A stretch of DNA of 57,000 nt, taken from the IMG/VR virus record IMGVR_UViG_3300044711_000225, positions 1 through 57,000 of that record, one strand, 5' to 3'. The notes below the pieces were generated by a model. That model had not been told where the DNA came from. It did not search any database and saw only the letters and a program-made list of their open reading frames with translations. Position 1 is the first letter of the stretch. Each line of letters begins with the position of its first letter. This DNA is from a virus (Duplodnaviria; Caudoviricetes). Made by a program: the position numbers and the translations under genes. This document shows, piece by piece, positions 1 to 9,389 of the stretch.

Positions 1-127
1 CGCCTCGATGGCTCGGAACAGCACTTTGCCCGCGCCGCCCGCGACGATCTGCAGCCCGCCCACAGGCAGCGTGCGGAAGAAGTCGTCCATCAGGAGCGTG
101 GCCGCCGCCTTGACGCTCGCCGAGGAC
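1..127 (+). repeat. 127-bp terminal direct repeat, left copy (assembly overlap)
   Basis: Identical to 56874-57000. Confidence 0.97.
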
Positions 128-1047
128 ATGTTCGCGGCCGTGTAGATGTAGATGATCGCGTCGACGGGCACGACGACGTTGACGCTGTTGTGCACCTCGC
201 ACGTCACGGCGTCGGGGCACACGGTGCGCTGGATCAAGTCGTCGATGAACGTCACGGTGTCCGGCGGGACGGCGCCGCTCGGAGACGCGATGTAGACGTC
301 GACGTGGCCGTCGCCGACGACGGGCAGGACCTGCACGCGCGTGACGCCCAGCGAGTCGCCGTTGCCGTCCACCGCCGTCTTCGCGACGTACTGGTACGCG
401 CCCTTCGACCCGTTCGGCGTGATCGTGCCGAGCTTCTCCCGGCAGCGCGTGCGGAGCGCGGCGTCGTGCTCCTCGTTCGTCCCGATGAGCGCCGCCGGGT
501 TCGTCGCGGTGACGCCCGGGGCCGTCGAGACGAGGCGGGTGATGGTCCCCGCCGAGGCCGTGCCGCGGTTGCCAGGCACCTGGCAGCGGAAGGCGATCGT
601 CTTCGTCGCGTCCGGGTCGCCGACGGGACGAAGCGTGAACGCGTCGGCGTTCACGTACGTGACCTCGGGCGAGGCCGGCAACGGGCGCCCGAGGACGAAC
701 GTCCCAGCCGCGTACGTGTAGAGCCCGCCTCCGCTGTTCGTCAGGGTCACGTCGCCCTTCGCGAACGTGAACGGGATCCGCAGGACGCCGAAGACGTAGA
801 AGGCGACGAGCGTCAGGTACTTGCCGCGCGCCAGGTCGAGGAAGCCCGAGCGGCAGAATTCGGCGATGATGCCAGAGAAGCCCGACCCGATCTGCGCGAA
901 GACGCCGATCAGGACGAGGGCAACGCCGCCGCTCTGCCACGAGGTCGTCTTGAGCCCGAACGTGGCGCAGAGGTCGAGCAAGCTCGCCTGCAGCGCTTCC
1001 TTGCTCTGCTTCTGGATCAGGACGTCGAGAGGGAGGTCGGCCGCCAT
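1..1047 (-). CDS. Baseplate J-like wedge protein, 5' part (continues across the junction to 56742)
   Basis: ATG at 1047 (MAADLPLDVL...); GFLDLARGKYL, GTNEEHDAALRTR, GSKGAYQY and GHVDVYI motifs typical of gpJ/Mu gp47; absent from the ORF track because it runs off the edge. Confidence 0.88.
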   Translation of the reverse strand, partial: MAADLPLDVLIQKQSKEALQASLLDLCATFGLKTTSWQSGGVALVLIGVFAQIGSGFSGIIAEFCRSGFLDLARGKYLTLVAFYVFGVLRIPFTFAKGDVTLTNSGGGLYTYAAGTFVLGRPLPASPEVTYVNADAFTLRPVGDPDATKTIAFRCQVPGNRGTASAGTITRLVSTAPGVTATNPAALIGTNEEHDAALRTRCREKLGTITPNGSKGAYQYVAKTAVDGNGDSLGVTRVQVLPVVGDGHVDVYIASPSGAVPPDTVTFIDDLIQRTVCPDAVTCEVHNSVNVVVPVDAIIYIYTAANMSSASVKAAATLLMDDFFRTLPVGGLQIVAGGAGKVLFRAIEA

Positions 1048-1451
1048 CACGCCCCCCGAACGCTGGTGAGGGTGACGGCCGCCTGCGTCGCCGAGATGGT
1101 GAGCGCGAACGGGCCCGCGGCCGTGGTGAGCGTGATCGAGAGCACGATCTCGAAGAGCGTCGCCGAGACGACCTGCACGGCGGCGCGCTGGATCCGCTCG
1201 TCCTTCTGGATCTCGTTCGCGACGTCGCCGGGGAGCGTCGCGATCTCGTGCTGCGTCAGCGCGCGCGACATGAAGGCGCGCAGGTCGAGCCCGTAGTGCG
1301 GGTCCTGCCAGAGGGATCCGCGCGGCGTGTACAGGCGGCGATACACGGCCTGCGCGAGGGTGTGGATCCCTTCGACCTCGTCCATGTCGTCGGTCAGGTC
1401 GACCGTGCAGGAGAGGTCCGTGCCGAAGTCGGCCGGGGCGGCGGTGCTCAT
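1047..1451 (-). CDS. Baseplate wedge protein, gp25/gpW/Mu gp46-like
   Basis: MSTAAPADFGTDL...AVYRRLYTPRGSLWQDPHYGLDL...EIQKDERI; lies just upstream of J. Confidence 0.82.
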   Translation of the reverse strand: MSTAAPADFGTDLSCTVDLTDDMDEVEGIHTLAQAVYRRLYTPRGSLWQDPHYGLDLRAFMSRALTQHEIATLPGDVANEIQKDERIQRAAVQVVSATLFEIVLSITLTTAAGPFALTISATQAAVTLTSVRGA

Positions 1452-2746
1452 GTGGCGGTCACCTGCTCGGCCGCCGGGGAGGCCATCGGGGGCACGGTGA
1501 TCGGGGGCGTCGCGCCGGCGAGCGCGGTCCGCACCGCCGCCGCCCACGTCGAGATCGGCGTCGCGAGCGCGACGGCGTCGGCGCCACCGGCGAGGCTGAT
1601 CGGCGACGTGGCCGAGCCGACCGACACCGACACCGGGACGAATGCGCCGTCGTCCTTCGGCGGGTAGCTCACCACGATCGGCTGTGACGGGTCGCCGTCC
1701 TGGAACGACACCAGGACGACGCCGCCCGGCGCGAGCTCCTGCTCGACGCCGGCGATCCCTGGCGCGAGCCGCACGAGCTGCAGGTCCGGCAGGCCGCGTC
1801 GCGGGTCGACCGCCTGCAGGTCCGCGCGGCCCGCCGTCATCGCGACGACGCGGTAGCGGGCCAGGGGCAGGTAGCGCAGCTGCGGCAGGGCGTCGCGCAC
1901 GAGGGCGCGGAGGGCGCGCACGAGGCGGTTGTCGAGGCGCGAGAGCCCGGCCAGCGCGGCCGCCGTCGTCACGGCGTCCACCTCGTCCACCCAGCAGCGG
2001 AGACGGAGCGTCTCGCCGAGGACGATCTCGATCTCCCGGACGACGAGCGAGGTGGTCAGCCGGGCGTCGGTGATCAGCACCCCCGGCACGAAGGCCCCCA
2101 GCGTGTCCGTGGCGAGCTCGAGCAGCCGGGCGTCCGGGTGGTAGTCGAGGAGGTCGAACGCCGTGCCAGGCGTCAGCGGGACGACCGGGCGAGCGCCTAC
2201 GTTCGTGGTGCCGTCGAGCTCGACCCACCACGTCGGCGCGAAGCCCGCGACCGGTCCCGGCAGGGCGCCGAGGGCGAGCGCGAGGAGCTCCGCGAGCACG
2301 GCGGACGCGGGAGCGCCGGCGCGGGCGTAGTCGACGCCCTGGACGAGGATCGCGAGGAGCACGGGCGGCAGCTCGCCGAGCGTCTCCCCGGCGTCTGCTG
2401 CGGCATCGGTGAGCAGGTCCCCGATCCGGATGCCGGCGTCGTTGTGGTAGGCCCGCGACGCCAGCAGCGAGGCCCAGCCGCCGGCGCCGCCGACGATGCG
2501 GTACCAGCCCGCCTCGGCGAACGCGCCGCTGTTGTCGGGCAGCACCGTGCCCGTCAGCGTGATGTCGCCGATGACGAGCGTGGCCGCGCGCGGCGTGGGC
2601 GGCAGCGCGACCGGGGGCGGCGCGTCGAGCATCACGTCCGCGGTCCACGCGCCGACGCCCGGAACGCGCACGCTGCCCGAGATGACCCGGAGGCCGTTCA
2701 GCGTGGCGAACGGCGTGGAGGGAGCGAAGGGGCTCGAGGTGGGCAC
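1448..2746 (-). CDS. Baseplate hub/spike-like protein
   Basis: 432 aa; GVGAWTADV hub-like N-terminus, VLVSFQDGDPSQPIV gpV/OB-like motif; synteny. Confidence 0.65.
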   Translation of the reverse strand: MPTSSPFAPSTPFATLNGLRVISGSVRVPGVGAWTADVMLDAPPPVALPPTPRAATLVIGDITLTGTVLPDNSGAFAEAGWYRIVGGAGGWASLLASRAYHNDAGIRIGDLLTDAAADAGETLGELPPVLLAILVQGVDYARAGAPASAVLAELLALALGALPGPVAGFAPTWWVELDGTTNVGARPVVPLTPGTAFDLLDYHPDARLLELATDTLGAFVPGVLITDARLTTSLVVREIEIVLGETLRLRCWVDEVDAVTTAAALAGLSRLDNRLVRALRALVRDALPQLRYLPLARYRVVAMTAGRADLQAVDPRRGLPDLQLVRLAPGIAGVEQELAPGGVVLVSFQDGDPSQPIVVSYPPKDDGAFVPVSVSVGSATSPISLAGGADAVALATPISTWAAAVRTALAGATPPITVPPMASPAAEQVTAT

Positions 2747-2747
2747 G

Positions 2748-3329
2748 CTACGGCCCCGCCAGCGCAGCGGCCTGCGCGGTGAGGGCGGCGATCTGGCGCT
2801 CCGCCTCCGTCTGCGGCGTCGGGTTCGCCGGGTCCGTCGTCGTGGCGCCCTGCGGCGTTCCGATCGATGGCGTCGGCTTCCGGTACTGACAGAAGTCGAT
2901 CACGACCTTCCATGCGCCCGTCTCGCCGTCCTCCTCGGGCTGGTATTCGTCCTCGACGAGGCAGCTGTCGATCCCGAGCGGGGAGAGCGCCGGGTGCGAG
3001 CACGAGAGGGCCGTTGCCTTCGCGCCTGCTGGCGGCTTCGCGAGCAGCGTCCGCCAGACCCACCAGGCGTCCCAATCCTCCGTCTCGGTCAGCGTGATCG
3101 TGACGTGGAAGTCCGAGATCTTGTCGCCCGTGTACGTGACGGTCGCGCCGGACTGGCCGTGCCCGTCCTTCTTGTCGAGCTTGCGCGGGCTATGGCCGCC
3201 GGTGACCTTGGCGATCCCCGGCGAGGGTTGCCCGCTCAGGACGAAGACATCCCAGCTGTCGGGGCTGTCGAGCGGGTTCGGCGTCGTCGAGGCCGCCGCT
3301 CCGCCGAGGCCGGGGATCGAGAGCGTCAC
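2748..3329 (-). CDS. Tail/baseplate tube-initiator-like protein
   Basis: 193 aa between tape measure and hub; SPGIAKV...KDGHGQSGATVTYTG. Confidence 0.55.
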   Translation of the reverse strand: MTLSIPGLGGAAASTTPNPLDSPDSWDVFVLSGQPSPGIAKVTGGHSPRKLDKKDGHGQSGATVTYTGDKISDFHVTITLTETEDWDAWWVWRTLLAKPPAGAKATALSCSHPALSPLGIDSCLVEDEYQPEEDGETGAWKVVIDFCQYRKPTPSIGTPQGATTTDPANPTPQTEAERQIAALTAQAAALAGP

Positions 3330-5212
3330 GGCGTCACCTCGATCGGTGCGCCGACGCTGTCGGCCGCGCGCTCGATCATGTTGCAGACGCGCGTCCAGAG
3401 ATCCTGGTCGGTGAGCTGCTCGGCGTTCTTCACACCGTTGATGTGGATGATCACGGGGCGCCCCGCGCCGGCGGACGCGCGCGGCGCGGCGGCGGGCAGC
3501 TGCGGTTGCTGCACCATGCTCGACACGGACGCGTTGACGTCGCCGGCGCCTGCGTCGACGCCCTCGGCGAAGCCCAGCGCCGTGTTCATGCCGTAGCCTC
3601 GGAACACGGTGCTGGGGGACTTGATCCCGAGCTCGGCGGAGAACGCCGTCTTGATGCCAGCGCCGATGCCGGACACGACGTTCCAGACGGCGGCGGCGCC
3701 GCTCTTGATGCCGGCGACGAGGCCGTCGATCACGGCCGAGCCCATGGAGGCGAAGTCGAGGCCGGCCCAGAACGTCGAGATCGATTCTCCGACGCTGACG
3801 AAAGCCTCATACACGCCGTAGATGGCAGCGCCCACGAGAGCGAGCGGGACGGCGACCATGGCTCCGATAGCCGCGGCGGCGACCCCAAACGAGATCAGCG
3901 CGGCGGCGATGAGCCCGATCACGACGAGCAGGCCGACCATGACGACCTTGCCCACTGTGACCGCGGTGGCCATGTCGTTCGCGCTGGCCGCCGATCCGCC
4001 GAAAGCCTCGCGGGCCGCGTTGCGGATGCGCAGGAACACGATCGCGACCTGGAGCGCGACGATGATCATCCCCTGGAGGAACGGCTTCGCGAGCGGGAGC
4101 AGCGCCGCGAAGCCGTCGATCAGCGGCTGTGCGATCCCCTTCACGGCGGCCGACAGGCCCTTGCCCGAGATCGTGGTCTGATCGAACACGCTGAGCGCCT
4201 CGTGCAGCGCCCCGAGAAATCCTTCGATCTTGAGCCCCGCGAACAGCGAGCCGATGTTCGTGTGCAGACGCGCAAGCTGCGCGTCGAGCCCCAGCGCCTG
4301 CTTCGCCGCGATGCCGCCGAGCTTGCTCTTCACGGCGTCGTCGAGCGCGTCGAGCCCCGCGCCCACGGCGACGGTGCCCGACTGCAGCGCGTCGCGCGCC
4401 TGCCCGAGCGACACGTGCATCTTCTTCGCGAGCGCGGCCGCTACGTCGTCGAGACCGACGCCCGTGCCCTGCAGCTTCGCGCTGTTCAGCACGAGCGTCT
4501 TCGCCTTGGCGGCCTCCTCGGCGATGCCCTTGATCTTCCCGCCAGCGGCCTCGCCCATGGCGGACGCAGCGATGGCCGCGGCGTCGAACGCGCGAGCGAG
4601 CGCGGCGCCGCCGAGGCCCCCGCGGGCGAGCGCGAGCCCCATCTCCTGGAGCTTCGCCGCGGCGAGGCCGGTGACGCCTCCGAGCTGGTAGACCTGCGCC
4701 TCGAGCGCCGCGCCCGCCACGGCACCGCCGGTCGCGGCCTCGGCGAAGAGCCCTTGCGTGCGCGCCGCGTCGGCAGCGCTGAGGGCGTAGGCGGCGAACG
4801 CGGCGACCCCGGCGATGAGCGCGAGCGAGAGCACTCCGATCGCAATCGCGATCCCGATCGGCGACGTCGCCAGCTTCCCGAAGAGCGAGATCAGCTTGAC
4901 GCCGTGCCCGAGGAACGAGCCCGCTTCACCGCCCGTGCGCTGGAGCGCCCCGCCGAGGGCGCGCAGGTTGATCCCGGCGCCCTTCGCCCTGTCGCCGGCG
5001 CCGCCCACCGCGCCACCCGCGCCGCCCATGGCTCCGCCGAGCTTGGCCGCCGCGCCGCTTGCGCCTCCCGCCGCCGCGCCGGCCTTGCCCGTCGCAGCCT
5101 CGAGCCGGCCGAGCGTGTCGGCGAGCTGGTTGCCGGCCGCTTGCGCCGCCGCGGCCCCGCCGGCGAAGTTGCCGTCGAAGTTCAGAGTGTAGGTGGCGGA
5201 CGCGTCAGCCAT
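3326..5212 (-). CDS. Tail tape measure protein
   Basis: 628 aa Ala/Gly-rich helical protein with hydrophobic stretches; LGIKSPSTVF motif near C-terminus. Confidence 0.88.
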   Translation of the reverse strand: MADASATYTLNFDGNFAGGAAAAQAAGNQLADTLGRLEAATGKAGAAAGGASGAAAKLGGAMGGAGGAVGGAGDRAKGAGINLRALGGALQRTGGEAGSFLGHGVKLISLFGKLATSPIGIAIAIGVLSLALIAGVAAFAAYALSAADAARTQGLFAEAATGGAVAGAALEAQVYQLGGVTGLAAAKLQEMGLALARGGLGGAALARAFDAAAIAASAMGEAAGGKIKGIAEEAAKAKTLVLNSAKLQGTGVGLDDVAAALAKKMHVSLGQARDALQSGTVAVGAGLDALDDAVKSKLGGIAAKQALGLDAQLARLHTNIGSLFAGLKIEGFLGALHEALSVFDQTTISGKGLSAAVKGIAQPLIDGFAALLPLAKPFLQGMIIVALQVAIVFLRIRNAAREAFGGSAASANDMATAVTVGKVVMVGLLVVIGLIAAALISFGVAAAAIGAMVAVPLALVGAAIYGVYEAFVSVGESISTFWAGLDFASMGSAVIDGLVAGIKSGAAAVWNVVSGIGAGIKTAFSAELGIKSPSTVFRGYGMNTALGFAEGVDAGAGDVNASVSSMVQQPQLPAAAPRASAGAGRPVIIHINGVKNAEQLTDQDLWTRVCNMIERAADSVGAPIEVTP

Positions 5213-5468
5213 TGCCGATCTCCGCGCGCTTCCGCAGGACGATCAGCACCTCGGCGAGCATGCGCGCGCCGACGATGCGGCGAGCCTCCTCGCCGATCTG
5301 CCTGTCCTCTCGGATCTCCGCGAGCGCCACCTTGCTGTCCTCGTCTTCCTCTTCGCTGGCTGCGTCCGTCTCCGCTGGCTCCCTCCCGGGACCGAGCAGG
5401 CTCAGGAGGCATTCGGCAGCGACGCCGACGTCCACCCGAGCTCGCCCCTGGAGGGCCTCTATTTTCCC
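5205..5468 (-). CDS. Tail assembly chaperone, -1 frameshift extension (gpT-like)
   Basis: Open -1 frame from the slippery site (GKIEALQGRARVDVGVAAECLL...) to TGA overlapping the tape measure start. Confidence 0.7.
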   Translation of the reverse strand, partial: GKIEALQGRARVDVGVAAECLLSLLGPGREPAETDAASEEEDEDSKVALAEIREDRQIGEEARRIVGARMLAEVLIVLRKRAEIGNG

Positions 5469-5944
5469 GAGAGCGACACCTGTCGGAACCCGCCGAGCTC
5501 AGCGGCGAGATTCGCGAGGGGGCCCATCACGCCTGGATTCGCGTGGAGGATCTTCGTCGCGGCGTCCTTGTCCGGGTAGACGAGGCAGCGCTTGATGAAC
5601 GCCTCTTGGAAGTCGAACGGCACGCCGATGCCGGGCTTCGTGGCGTCGCTCATTTCCTTGTAGGACTGCCGATTCGGCGCCTGCACGACGAGCATCCCGT
5701 CGGGGGTACCCACGCTGGCGATCTTCTCGCCGAGCTTGCCGTACTTCTTCACGAGGTCGCTGATCACGAGGGCGTCGGCGGCCTCGCGCTTCGCAGCGGC
5801 GAGCTCCGCGCGCTTCGCCTCGAGCGGCGTCGGCTCGCGGGCTGCCTCGGTCTGCGCAGTCGCGGCTTTCGCGGCGGCGATTTCCTGCTCCAGTTGGGCG
5901 AGCTCGTCGCGCTCCGCCTCCGTCATCTCCGTCGTCATCGTCAT
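5459..5944 (-). CDS. Tail assembly chaperone (gpG-like)
   Basis: 161 aa between tube and tape measure, ends in a slippery site; GGAGG RBS upstream. Confidence 0.75.
   Translation of the reverse strand: MTMTTEMTEAERDELAQLEQEIAAAKAATAQTEAAREPTPLEAKRAELAAAKREAADALVISDLVKKYGKLGEKIASVGTPDGMLVVQAPNRQSYKEMSDATKPGIGVPFDFQEAFIKRCLVYPDKDAATKILHANPGVMGPLANLAAELGGFRQVSLSGK
5462..5468 (-). other. Programmed -1 frameshift heptamer G GGA AAA
   Basis: Minus strand TCG GGA AAA TAG at the end of the chaperone ORF; X XXY YYZ pattern like lambda gpG/T GGGAAAG. Confidence 0.8.
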
Positions 5945-5978
5945 CCCTCCTGTTCATGTCCGGTGCGTGTGCGTCCCG

Positions 5979-5998
5979 CCGCCGGAGCGAACCGGCGG
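5979..5998 (-). terminator. GC hairpin after tail tube gene (no U-tract)
   Basis: CCGCCGG-N6-CCGGCGG directly after the stop at 6005. Confidence 0.4.
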
Positions 5999-6004
5999 AC
6001 GCGA

Positions 6005-6523
6005 CTAGAAGAGGTTCTCGACGGCCGAGACGATCGCGCCGACGACGCCGGCGATCCCGCCGCCGCTCGAGTCGAAGAGCGTCAGGCCGTTCTTCGTGAT
6101 GTAGAAGACGCTGAGCGGGAAGTCCTCGTAGAGCGGGTCCGTCCCCTCCTCGTCCTTCGCCTCGTTCGCGGCGATGCAGCACCGCACGAGCTGCACGTTC
6201 ACGAAGTCGGACCCGTTCTCGAAGTACTGCGCGCTGAGCGAGAACTCGGCGCTGCCGTACGAGCCGTTGGCCTTCGCCGCGAGGCGCTGACGGAAGCTCT
6301 CCGCGCTGTCCTTGAAGAGCGTCAGCGACGCCTCCGCGCTGTACTTGCCGCGCGTGCGGACGCGGGGCGTGCGGCTCTTGCCGGCGCCGTAGCCGAACGT
6401 GCGCTCGCGCTTCTCGCTGTAGTTCAACGACTTGAACCCGTTCAGGACGTCGCCGTCGATGAGCGCGGTGACGCTGCCGAAGTCGAAGCCGTTGCCGTTG
6501 ACGTAGACCTTATCGACCGACAT
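6005..6523 (-). CDS. Tail tube protein
   Basis: 172 aa directly after sheath; NGNGFDFGSV, LNYSEK, RTRGKYSAEASLTL. Confidence 0.8.
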   Translation of the reverse strand: MSVDKVYVNGNGFDFGSVTALIDGDVLNGFKSLNYSEKRERTFGYGAGKSRTPRVRTRGKYSAEASLTLFKDSAESFRQRLAAKANGSYGSAEFSLSAQYFENGSDFVNVQLVRCCIAANEAKDEEGTDPLYEDFPLSVFYITKNGLTLFDSSGGGIAGVVGAIVSAVENLF

Positions 6524-6536
6524 GGATGCTCCTCGG

Positions 6537-8378
6537 CTACGCCGCGATCGCGGGGTTGAAGAATCCGATCGTGGTGGCGAACGTCTTGACGTAGCCGTTG
6601 GGCGTGATCCGCGCCTCGCAGGTCAGCGTGAACGTCGAGAGAATGTTGTCGTCGCGGCTCACGACGAAGGACACGTTGCTCGCGCGCTTCTTCGGGTACA
6701 GCGCGTTGCCGATCGCGGTAGTGCCACCGGCCTCGAGGTGCGCCGCGCTGCCCTTCGAGATCTTGCCCGTCGCCTTGTCGACCACGATCTCGGTCGAGAG
6801 CTGGTTCGTCAGGTACTGCACGAGCGCCGTGCACCCGAGGTTCATGACCCGCCTGAACTGCACGTAGATGAAGTCCGATCCGGTCGGCGAGAAGATCCGC
6901 GCGTTGTTGATGTAGACGCCGGGGAAGCCGTCGATCGTGCGCAGCGTCGTGAAGCGCTGATCGTCGAGGCCCGGGTACACGCTCTCGTCGTGGTCGTCGG
7001 GGTTGCCGTTCGCGTCCGAGATCGAGCACGCCGGCAGAGGCCCGACGTCGACCTCGGCGAGGTCCTGGCCCGCGTCGATCTGGAGCGCGCGCACGGCGTC
7101 GATCCAGGCGACGGGGCGGCGGTAGTCCCGCTGCGTCACCGCCGAGATCAGCTTGCACGAGCCGGCCGCGAGGTCGACCCAGCGCGAGGCGACCGAACCG
7201 AACGCGGCGCCGAGCGAGGCCTGGTACGCCGCGTCGCTCTCGCCGATGTCCGGCAGCCGCGTGTTGCAGATCGCGTACTTGAACTTGTTCTTGGCCGCGA
7301 GCGCGACGAGCCACGCGTCGACAACCTGCACCGCCGTCGCGCTCGCCTTGCCGACGATCAGCGCGATGTTCCAGGGCTGCGCCGACGCCGCGAGCGCGGT
7401 CAGCGACGTCCCCAGGTCGGTGTTGTTCCAGGTCGCGGCCGCCGTCGAGAACTGCACGACGTCGCCGGCGATGATGTCCGTCGCCGCGACCGCGGGGGCC
7501 GTGGTGCCGTTCGTCGCATCCGCGATCGTGTGCGAGACCGTGTACGCGAGGTGGGCCGCGTACTTCGTGCGGAGGTCGTTCGCGAGCACCACCGCCGTGG
7601 GGCCGTCCGTTGCGACCGGCGCCGTGGGCCCGTTCACCGCGTCGGCGGCAAGGTGGATCTGAGAGCCGCCCGACCCGACGCGCGCCTCGTGCAGGATAAA
7701 GCCTGCGCGGAGCGTGTTCAGCAGCGCGATCGCGGTGGTGAGGTCCGAGCAGGCACCCGTGAAGCCGTCGTCGCTCGTCGTGTCTGCGTTCAGGTGCACG
7801 CTGCCCGTCGTGAAGACGAAGTGGGCGAGCATCTCGGTGCGGAGGTCGTTGGCGAGCGTGACGAGGCTCACGCTGTTCACGGCGAAGTCGACCTTCACCA
7901 GCCCCGCCGGGGTCGGGATCGTGATCGACGACGCGGTGCCGAGCGACGCCTGCGCGTTCAGCGTGCGGCCCTTGTCGAGCGAGGCGACGTACGTGATCCC
8001 GTCGACGCCGAGCGTGCCGCCGTCGACGAACTCGAGATAAACCTCGTAATCGTCGTCCGCGGCCGTGCTGCCGTCGATCGTGGGCGTCGCCGTCCCAGCG
8101 AACCCGGTGACGTCGATCGTCGTGTGCGTCGCCGCGGTGCTCGTCGCCGTGCGCTCGAACACGACCGGCTTTCCGGTGAGCTGGATGATCAGACACGCGG
8201 CCTCGACAGCGGGCCCGCTCGTGTAGGTCGCGATGATGTCCGCGCCCCGCGCGTACGCCGCGGGCGTCGCGAAGGGGCCCGAGCTCGCAGGCCCGACCAC
8301 CGCCATCAGGTCGCCGTCGCTCGGCGCGAGAATGCCGAGGGCGCCGTCGAGGACCGTGAGCTGAACGCTGGGCTGCAT
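6537..8378 (-). CDS. Contractile tail sheath protein (DUF2586-like)
   Basis: 613 aa; PSVQLTVLDGALG start; LDDQRFTTLRTIDGFPGVYI...GSDFIYVQFRRVM sheath C-terminus. Confidence 0.88.
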   Translation of the reverse strand: MQPSVQLTVLDGALGILAPSDGDLMAVVGPASSGPFATPAAYARGADIIATYTSGPAVEAACLIIQLTGKPVVFERTATSTAATHTTIDVTGFAGTATPTIDGSTAADDDYEVYLEFVDGGTLGVDGITYVASLDKGRTLNAQASLGTASSITIPTPAGLVKVDFAVNSVSLVTLANDLRTEMLAHFVFTTGSVHLNADTTSDDGFTGACSDLTTAIALLNTLRAGFILHEARVGSGGSQIHLAADAVNGPTAPVATDGPTAVVLANDLRTKYAAHLAYTVSHTIADATNGTTAPAVAATDIIAGDVVQFSTAAATWNNTDLGTSLTALAASAQPWNIALIVGKASATAVQVVDAWLVALAAKNKFKYAICNTRLPDIGESDAAYQASLGAAFGSVASRWVDLAAGSCKLISAVTQRDYRRPVAWIDAVRALQIDAGQDLAEVDVGPLPACSISDANGNPDDHDESVYPGLDDQRFTTLRTIDGFPGVYINNARIFSPTGSDFIYVQFRRVMNLGCTALVQYLTNQLSTEIVVDKATGKISKGSAAHLEAGGTTAIGNALYPKKRASNVSFVVSRDDNILSTFTLTCEARITPNGYVKTFATTIGFFNPAIAA

Positions 8379-8397
8379 GGCTTCTCCGGGGGCTCCG

Positions 8398-9009
8398 TCA
8401 GGCGGCCGGGACGATCACGTCCTCGACCTCCAGGTTGTCGTCGTCGATGCCGAGCGACGCCTCGACGTCGAACTCGGTCGGCACCACCGCCGGGTTCGTC
8501 ACGTCCTCGACGCGGATCGGGACGAGCCAGTCGAACGTGAACTCGCTGCCGAACTTCCGCTCGACGGGCGCCGTGGTAAACCCGCCCGCGCGCGGCTGCC
8601 CCGCGCCGAAGCCGGCGACCTCGCCCGTGCGCAGGCCGATCGCGACCACGTTGTGGAGCGCGATCGCCGCGATGTCTTGGACGAGCTCGTCGTTCGGTGC
8701 CGAGGCGACGTACGCCCAGCAGTGCACCTCGAACGGCATGTTGAGCGTGAAGCCAGGGCGACCCTGGCCCGACCCGTCGACGCCGGCGCCCGAGGGCTGC
8801 CCCGGCTTGCGCGGGCCGATCTCGTAGGCGCCCGGCCTGCCGGCGAGCGGCGGGCAAATCACCACCCGGTTCGCGCGGCCGCTGCCCTGGTTCGTCTGCT
8901 TCGTGAGCTCGCGGCGGCCGTAGACGACCTCCGTGCCCTCATAGCCGGCGCGACCGCGCACGTACGCGCGCAGGTCCGAGACCCAATCCTCGAGCGACTT
9001 GTCGGCCAT
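8398..9009 (-). CDS. Putative neck/tail terminator protein
   Basis: ATG at 9009 (MADKSLEDWV...); position immediately before sheath. Confidence 0.55.
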   Translation of the reverse strand: MADKSLEDWVSDLRAYVRGRAGYEGTEVVYGRRELTKQTNQGSGRANRVVICPPLAGRPGAYEIGPRKPGQPSGAGVDGSGQGRPGFTLNMPFEVHCWAYVASAPNDELVQDIAAIALHNVVAIGLRTGEVAGFGAGQPRAGGFTTAPVERKFGSEFTFDWLVPIRVEDVTNPAVVPTEFDVEASLGIDDDNLEVEDVIVPAA

Positions 9010-9389
9010 CAGGCCACCGCCTCGGCGAACGCCGCGTCGATGGCGTCGACGTACCCGGGGGGCACCTCGCCGTCGTCCGGAATGACCTGCCGACGCACGC
9101 CGCCGCGAGCCGTGCCGTTGTGGTGGATCGCGCTGGGGCCGTCGAGGGTGACGACCACCGCGCCCGCGCCAGCCGTGACCGAAAGCTCGCTCGCGGCGCC
9201 AGCGAGCGGCTGGCCGCCCGACTGCGTGGGGGCCCAAGGCGCGCCCGAGGGCGACGTGCCGCTGGACGCCGTGGCGACGGCCGCGGCCTCGATGCCTGGC
9301 GCGACGCGCGCCGGCAGCTCGGCGGGGAGCTGGGCAAGGCGGCCGAGCGAGGAGGCCCAGCCTGCGACGGCGGAGGCGGCGCCGCTCAC
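9009..9389 (-). CDS. Virion morphogenesis/tail completion protein (gpS/Mu gpG-like)
   Basis: GTSPSGAPWAP...AIHHNG...RQVIP motif pattern. Confidence 0.65.
   Translation of the reverse strand: MSGAASAVAGWASSLGRLAQLPAELPARVAPGIEAAAVATASSGTSPSGAPWAPTQSGGQPLAGAASELSVTAGAGAVVVTLDGPSAIHHNGTARGGVRRQVIPDDGEVPPGYVDAIDAAFAEAVA

Noticed and set aside
3443-6559. 1038-aa plus-strand ORF and many other long Arg/Ala/Pro-rich ORFs in the track
   Set aside because: Antisense or off-frame shadows of real genes in very GC-rich DNA; no motifs
1-8378. Extracellular contractile injection system or tailocin
   Set aside because: Capsid, portal and terminase are present
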